DNA of 64,000 nucleotides, taken from the sequence record NC_054910.1; one strand, 5' to 3'. The position numbers were made by a program, and so were the translations under genes. The notes beneath the pieces are model-generated. The model did not search any database. It was given only the letters and a program-made list of their open reading frames with translations, and was not told where the DNA came from. How positions within the stretch are numbered: position 1 is the stretch's first letter; each line of letters begins with the position of its first letter. Source of the stretch: Escherichia phage EcNP1. This document shows positions 59,047-64,000 of this stretch, piece by piece.

Positions 59047-59955
59047 TTAAAGGTCATTCAAAAGGTCATCCAGGTCCGTGTCATCAGCACTAGATGAACT
59101 GCTAGAGCTTGAGCTCATAAAATCATCTTCAGTTTTTGTTTTGAAGTCATCAACATTGAATGCATCCAAATCATCAGCAACTTTATCAGCTTTCTTAGCA
59201 GCAGTTGCTGCGGCACCACCCATAGCAGCAGTTCCCATAACTTGACTGAACTTAGTGCTCAGTTCTTCAAACGATTTGAATTTATCTTTAGAAGTCATTT
59301 CAGAAAGGTCAACCATCTGTTCAAACAGTTCTTTCTGGAAAGATTCATCATCAATGTTTGGAATCGCAGATTGATTCAGGAATTTAGATTCGTCGTAGTT
59401 ACTAAAACCAGAAACTTGTTTAACTTTCAGTACAAAGTTAGCACCTTCCCACGGACAAGTTACATCAACTGGGGTTTCACCCATTTCAACATCAACTGCA
59501 ATCATTGCGTTGATTTTATCCCAGATTTTCTTACCGAAACGATATTTAAATACTTTACCTTCATTTTCTGGAGCAGCTGGGTCTTTTACTACAAGAATGT
59601 TAGCCCAGTAAGAAGTTTTACGTTTAACAAGACCGTACTCTTTATTGTCAGTGTTATACAAATCATTTTTACTGATGTACTGACATACTGGACAAGAATC
59701 GTAATCACCGTGGGTAGATGAACAGTTTTCAATATACCATTTACCATTTTTCTTGAAACCGTGATTTACAAGAATTGCGAATGGTGCTTGTTCATCATTT
59801 TTAGACGGAAGAAAACGAATTACTGCTTGACCGTTACCCGCATTATCGAGTTTCAGTTTCCACTCGCCTTTATCTTCAGAAGAAAAACCACCTTTATTTC
59901 CAGCCAGTTTAGCCATTTGTGCAGCGAGTTCAGCAGTAGATTTACGTTTAAACAT
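59047..59955 (-). CDS. 32: Single-stranded DNA-binding protein gp32
   Basis: 302 aa; zinc motif C-x3-H-x5-C-x2-C ([14 protein letters not shown]); acidic Ser-rich C-terminus; matches T4 gp32 as recalled. Confidence 0.96.
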   Translation of the reverse strand: MFKRKSTAELAAQMAKLAGNKGGFSSEDKGEWKLKLDNAGNGQAVIRFLPSKNDEQAPFAILVNHGFKKNGKWYIENCSSTHGDYDSCPVCQYISKNDLYNTDNKEYGLVKRKTSYWANILVVKDPAAPENEGKVFKYRFGKKIWDKINAMIAVDVEMGETPVDVTCPWEGANFVLKVKQVSGFSNYDESKFLNQSAIPNIDDESFQKELFEQMVDLSEMTSKDKFKSFEELSTKFSQVMGTAAMGGAAATAAKKADKVADDLDAFNVDDFKTKTEDDFMSSSSSSSSSADDTDLDDLLNDL

Positions 59956-60032
59956 TTTTATTTCCTTTTTAATTTAATTAACAGTTGGTGCTATGACGAT
60001 GTATGACCTCATAGCTGGTCAGTGAGATAATT
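59956..60032 (-). promoter_or_regulatory. Gene 32 translational operator (5-prime leader with pseudoknot and UUAAA repeats)
   Basis: Minus-strand leader reads ...GACCAGCUAUGAGGUCAUACAUCGUCAUAGCACCAACUGUUAAUUAAAUUAAAAAGGAAAUAAAAAUG: paired segments GCUAUGA/UCAUAGC and GACC/GGUC, then A/U-rich repeats before the AUG. Confidence 0.7.
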
Positions 60033-60054
60033 ATAATCTATTTATAATAAGCAA

Positions 60055-60708
60055 TTAATACTTGCAAGATTTCACAGTTTCAATGAAAACACTTTTGGCT
60101 TTCTGTGAATCAATATTTAAAATTTTTCTATAAGCCTTTAACTTTATAGAATAATTATTCCAGACTAAATTATCAGTCTGTTCATCATGTTTATCAATTA
60201 TATTTAAAAACGAATCAAGCAAGATAAACGTCTCAAACGAAATTATATTCGATTGAAGTAGTTTAAAAATATAACTTGATTGAACTTTTGGATTATACTC
60301 AAAGATTTCTTTAAAAGCAGAAACTTCAACTTTTTTACTAAAATAATAAATGTTGCGAATATCTTCTTCAAACTTAAATTTAATTTGCTTTAAGCGTCCA
60401 ATATATTCACGATAAAATACAAGTGCATCAGCGTCAGAGATGTCACCAATCCAAGCATCTTGGTTAGCAACAAGATTGCTTATAAAGATTAAAGCAAGTT
60501 CCTTTAATTTATATTTTTCTGATAACTTCTGGAAAAAATACTTATCCCTTCGCTTTTGATAAGCGGCATCAGACACCCGCATGCACCAATTATACTTAAT
60601 TACATCATACTTTCCATTCATATGTTGTTTTATCATTAAGTATAATTTATAAACTGATTTACCATCAATGTATCTTTCACCACCAGCAGGCATGCGGAGT
60701 TTAATCAT
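60055..60708 (-). CDS. 59: Helicase loader gp59
   Basis: 217 aa, same length as T4 gp59. Confidence 0.92.
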   Translation of the reverse strand: MIKLRMPAGGERYIDGKSVYKLYLMIKQHMNGKYDVIKYNWCMRVSDAAYQKRRDKYFFQKLSEKYKLKELALIFISNLVANQDAWIGDISDADALVFYREYIGRLKQIKFKFEEDIRNIYYFSKKVEVSAFKEIFEYNPKVQSSYIFKLLQSNIISFETFILLDSFLNIIDKHDEQTDNLVWNNYSIKLKAYRKILNIDSQKAKSVFIETVKSCKY

Positions 60709-61043
60709 AATAGAAAATCTAATGTATTAGTTTTTTCACAACGAACAACAGAAGGACGTAAAAGATTTTCGTCAATAGCTTCTGACTGAATTTTTTCAAT
60801 TATACCCGAAGGAATAAATTTAGCAAATTGAGTTTCAGGAATAGAATTTTCTTCCAAGAATGCTGTTGTAGCTTCAAGATAACTCATTCCAAACTCTTCT
60901 ACCATTTTTTCGATAATAAATCCATTTTCTTGGCGGTCAAGAAGCTTTGCTATTTCATCCTTTTCTTTCTTAATTGAAAGTTCTTTTTCTGAAAGACCGG
61001 TCTCATCGACCGGACGAATATCATTTAGAGAAAACTGTGTCAT
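60705..61043 (-). CDS. 33: Late transcription co-activator gp33
   Basis: 112 aa from ATG at 61043 (MTQFSLNDIRPV...); ATGA overlap with gene 59. Confidence 0.9.
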   Translation of the reverse strand: MTQFSLNDIRPVDETGLSEKELSIKKEKDEIAKLLDRQENGFIIEKMVEEFGMSYLEATTAFLEENSIPETQFAKFIPSGIIEKIQSEAIDENLLRPSVVRCEKTNTLDFLL

Positions 61044-61290
61044 AAAGTTCAACTACCTCTTCAGTTTCAGCTTCAAACACATCACGGTTATCTTTATGAT
61101 ACAAAGCTAACAGACGATTAAACATCTTACCATCAACGCCAAGTTCATCTTTGGCGCGAATTCGAATATCTTTAATCAATTCATTATAACCAGAAATTTT
61201 CAGTTTATGATCAGATGCTTCTTTAATAAATTTAGCCAAGTCTTCGCCATGGATAGCTTCATCAAATTCAACCATTTCTTTTTTAGCCAT
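61021..61290 (-). CDS. dsbA: Double-stranded DNA-binding protein DsbA
   Basis: 89 aa, same length as T4 DsbA; overlaps gene 33 start. Confidence 0.88.
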   Translation of the reverse strand: MAKKEMVEFDEAIHGEDLAKFIKEASDHKLKISGYNELIKDIRIRAKDELGVDGKMFNRLLALYHKDNRDVFEAETEEVVELYDTVFSK

Positions 61291-61298
61291 TATTCACC

Positions 61299-62216
61299 TC
61301 AAAATTCATTAATGCTATTAGTTAATTTAGAAAGACCCGCTTTTACAAAATATGAATAAATTTTGCCACGCGGTGGTAATTTATATGAATTATAGTAATT
61401 CACAATGTTTGAAGCAATATTATCAGGAATATAATCAAAATCAATTAGAACTAAATTTTCCTTATATCGATTATATTCAGATTCAGTGAGAAGCGCCTTA
61501 GCTTGCTCACGGTCATTAGCAATAGCTTCAACAATAGAAGTTTTCATTGAAGGAGTTCGTTCACCTTCAACTCTGGTAAACCAAAAGTCAGATCGTACTT
61601 TAACTGAAGCGACGTTATCCTTTTTATCACCCTTAAGAATTTTAGTCATGCAGTCAATTTCAGCAGAACCGCTTTTAATTTTAACCCATTTCTTGTGCAT
61701 CGGTGACCATTGCTTAACATTTGGATACTTATGAAGTTGGGTAAAGTCACCATCCGATGAAATGATTAAAATCTTATGTCCTTCTAAAGAAAACTTTTTA
61801 ACAAGAACAGCAATGTGATCATCTGCTTCATACTTATCAATATCCATAACAATGTATGGCATATAAGCTTTCAATTCATCTATAACTTTATGACTGGATT
61901 CAAAATAACCTTCCCAGTCCCAAGTAGATTCTTCTCGCGCTTTTCCACGGTTTTTCTTATAGTAATAAGCGAAATCACGACGCCAGTATCCAGATTTCGC
62001 GTTATCGATACACAGTATAATTTTAGTGTATCCAAGAGTTTTTGCTTTTTTGACATTAAACTTAATTGAGTTCAATATCAAATGACGAACCATTGATAAA
62101 TTAATTTTTTCTTTATCTGGGAAGTTTACCAAAGCAGTTGAAAGCGCAATTTGACTAAAGTCAATTAAGCAAATTCCTTCTTTGTAATCTTCATCCAGCA
62201 TCATTTCTAAATCCAT
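61299..62216 (-). CDS. rnh: RNase H (5-prime to 3-prime exonuclease / flap endonuclease)
   Basis: 305 aa from ATG at 62216 (MDLEMMLDEDYKEG...), same length as T4 RNase H. Confidence 0.93.
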   Translation of the reverse strand: MDLEMMLDEDYKEGICLIDFSQIALSTALVNFPDKEKINLSMVRHLILNSIKFNVKKAKTLGYTKIILCIDNAKSGYWRRDFAYYYKKNRGKAREESTWDWEGYFESSHKVIDELKAYMPYIVMDIDKYEADDHIAVLVKKFSLEGHKILIISSDGDFTQLHKYPNVKQWSPMHKKWVKIKSGSAEIDCMTKILKGDKKDNVASVKVRSDFWFTRVEGERTPSMKTSIVEAIANDREQAKALLTESEYNRYKENLVLIDFDYIPDNIASNIVNYYNSYKLPPRGKIYSYFVKAGLSKLTNSINEF

Positions 62217-62278
62217 ATGAACCTCGTTCAATTAGTGAGATTTCTATTATATACCATCCGAATCTTAAAGTAAACAAG

Positions 62279-62286
62279 TATAAATA
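62279..62286 (+). promoter_or_regulatory. Late promoter core TATAAATA (gene 34)
   Basis: Exact TATAAATA 36 nt upstream of gene 34 ATG. Confidence 0.7.
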
Positions 62287-62321
62287 CTTATTATTGAAAA
62301 CACAATAGGAGCCCGGGAGAA

Positions 62322-64000
62322 TGGCCGAGATTAAAAGAAAGTTCAGAGCAGAAGACGGTCTGGACGCAGGTGGCGATAAAATAATCAACGTAGCTTTAGC
62401 TGATCGTACCGTAGGAACTGACGGTGTTAACGTTGATTACTTAATTCAAGAAAACACAGTTCAACAATATGATCCAACTCGTGGATATTTAAAAGATTTT
62501 GTAATCATTTATAATAATCGTTTTTGGGCAGCAACGGATAATATTCCAAAACCTGCTGGAAGTTTTAATAGAATTCGTTGGAAAGCATTACGTACTGATG
62601 CCGTATATACAACCGTATCATCTGGACCATATCAATTAAAATCCGGAGAAGCAATTTCAGTAGATACATCAGTTGGTAATGACATTGAGTTTAATTTACC
62701 ACCTTCTCCGCTTGATGGAGAAACCGTAATAATTCAAGATATTGGTGGAAAACCTGGTATAAATCAGGTTAAAATAAATTCTTCAAATCAGAGTATTGTT
62801 AATTTTAGAGGTGAACAAGTACGTTCAGTTCTAATGACTCATCCAAAGTCACAGATGATATTCATTTTTAATAATCGTTTGTGGCAAATGTATGTTGCTG
62901 ATTATAGCAGAGAAGCTGCGATTGTTACTCCATCGACTGCATATCAAGCACAATCTAATGATTTTATCGTGCGTAGATTTACTTCCGCTGCGCCGATTAA
63001 TATTAAACTTCCGAGATTTGCTAATCATGGCGATATTATTAATTTCGTTGATTTAGATAAATTAAATCCACTTTATCATACAATTGTCACGACATATGAT
63101 GAAACAACTTCAGTACAAGAAGTTGGAACTCATTCTATTGAAGGCCGTACATCAATTGACGGTTTCTTGATGTTTGATGATAATGAAAAATTATGGAGAT
63201 TGTTTGACGGGGATAGTAAAGCACGTTTACGCATTATAACAACTAATTCTAATATTCGTCCAAATGAAGAAGTTATGGTATTTGGTGCGAATAACGGAAC
63301 AGCCCAAACAATTGAACTTCAACTTCCAACCGATATTTCCATTGGTGATACTGTTAAAATTTCCATGAATTACATGAGAAAAGGACAAACAGTTAAAATC
63401 AAAGCTGCCGGTGAAGATAAAATTGCTTCTTCAGTTCAATTGCTGCAATTCCCAAAACGTTCAGAATATCCGCCTGAAGCTGAATGGGTGACTGTCCAAG
63501 AATTAGTTTTCAATGGTGAAACTAATTATGTTCCGGTTTTACAACTTGCTTATATAGAAGATTCTGACGGAAAATACTGGGTTGTACAACAAAACGTTCC
63601 AACGGTTGAAAGAGTCGATTCTTTAAATAATTCTACTAGAGCAAGATTAGGCGTAATTGCTTTAGCTACACAAGCTCAAGCTAACGTCGATTTAGAAAAT
63701 TCTCCACAAAAAGAATTAGCAATTACACCAGAAACATTAGCTAACCGTACTGCTACAGAAACTCGTAGAGGTATCGCAAGAATAGCAACTACTGCTCAAG
63801 TGAATCAGAACACCACATTCTCTTTTGCTGATGATATTATCGTCACTCCTAAAAAGCTGAATGAAAGAACTGCTACAGAAACTCGTAGAGGTGTTGCTGA
63901 AATTGCTACACAGCAAGAAACTAATGCAGGTACTGATGATACTACAATCATCACTCCTAAAAAGCTTCAAGCTCGTCAAGGTTCTGAATCATTATCTGGT
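62322..64000 (+). CDS. 34: Long tail fibre proximal subunit gp34, N-terminal part (3-prime end beyond window)
   Basis: ATG at 62322 (MAEIKRKFRAEDGLDAGGDKIINVALADRTVG...) open to the window end; matches T4 gp34 N-terminus as recalled; TATAAATA core 36 nt upstream. Confidence 0.93.
63749..63892 (+). repeat. Direct repeats inside gene 34 coding sequence
   Basis: Identical 24-mer ACTGCTACAGAAACTCGTAGAGGT at 63749..63772 and 63869..63892; also TCACTCCTAAAAAGCT at about 63844 and 63950. Confidence 0.8.

Noticed and set aside
59242-59721. 159-aa plus-strand ORF antisense to gene 32
   Set aside because: Lies wholly within the conserved gene 32 coding region on the opposite strand; translation is low-complexity Phe/Asn-rich.
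62191-62388. 65-aa minus-strand ORF across the rnh-34 junction
   Set aside because: Overlaps the gene 34 start and late promoter on the wrong strand; no signals.

Overview
This window is a contiguous ~64 kb segment of a T4-like (T-even) myovirus genome, running from the 3-prime part of gene 9 to the 5-prime part of gene 34. Gene order and protein sequences match phage T4 as I recall it; no search was run, so all homology calls rest on recollection plus motifs read in the sequence. Plus strand carries the late morphogenesis operons: baseplate wedge 9-10-11-12, wac, neck 13-14, 15, terminase 16-17, sheath 18, tube 19, portal 20, prohead core 67-68-21-22, capsid 23-24, uvsW, baseplate hub 51-27-28-29-48-54, start of 34. 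Minus strand carries mainly early/middle genes: rnlB, hoc, inh, uvsY, 25, 26, the alt locus, DNA ligase 30, a run of small ORFs, rIII, 31, cd, pseT, a spanin pair, alc, rnlA, denA, nrdB, nrdA, td, frd, 32, 59, 33, dsbA, rnh. Many gene junctions overlap as ATGA or TAATG, and several T4 late-promoter cores (TATAAATA) and hairpin terminators are visible. The phage is not T4 itself: td and nrdB are single uninterrupted ORFs and no homing-endonuclease-sized ORFs are present. Most worth following up: two full-length divergent Alt-family ADP-ribosyltransferase genes in tandem, a 68-aa ORF translationally coupled between frd and td, and four islands of small uncharacterised early ORFs. I found no CRISPR array, tRNA, integrase or transposase, and no clear multi-gene novel system; the candidates below are single genes or small-ORF islands. 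The six-frame track accepts GTG/TTG starts, so several starts were moved to the ATG with a Shine-Dalgarno sequence.
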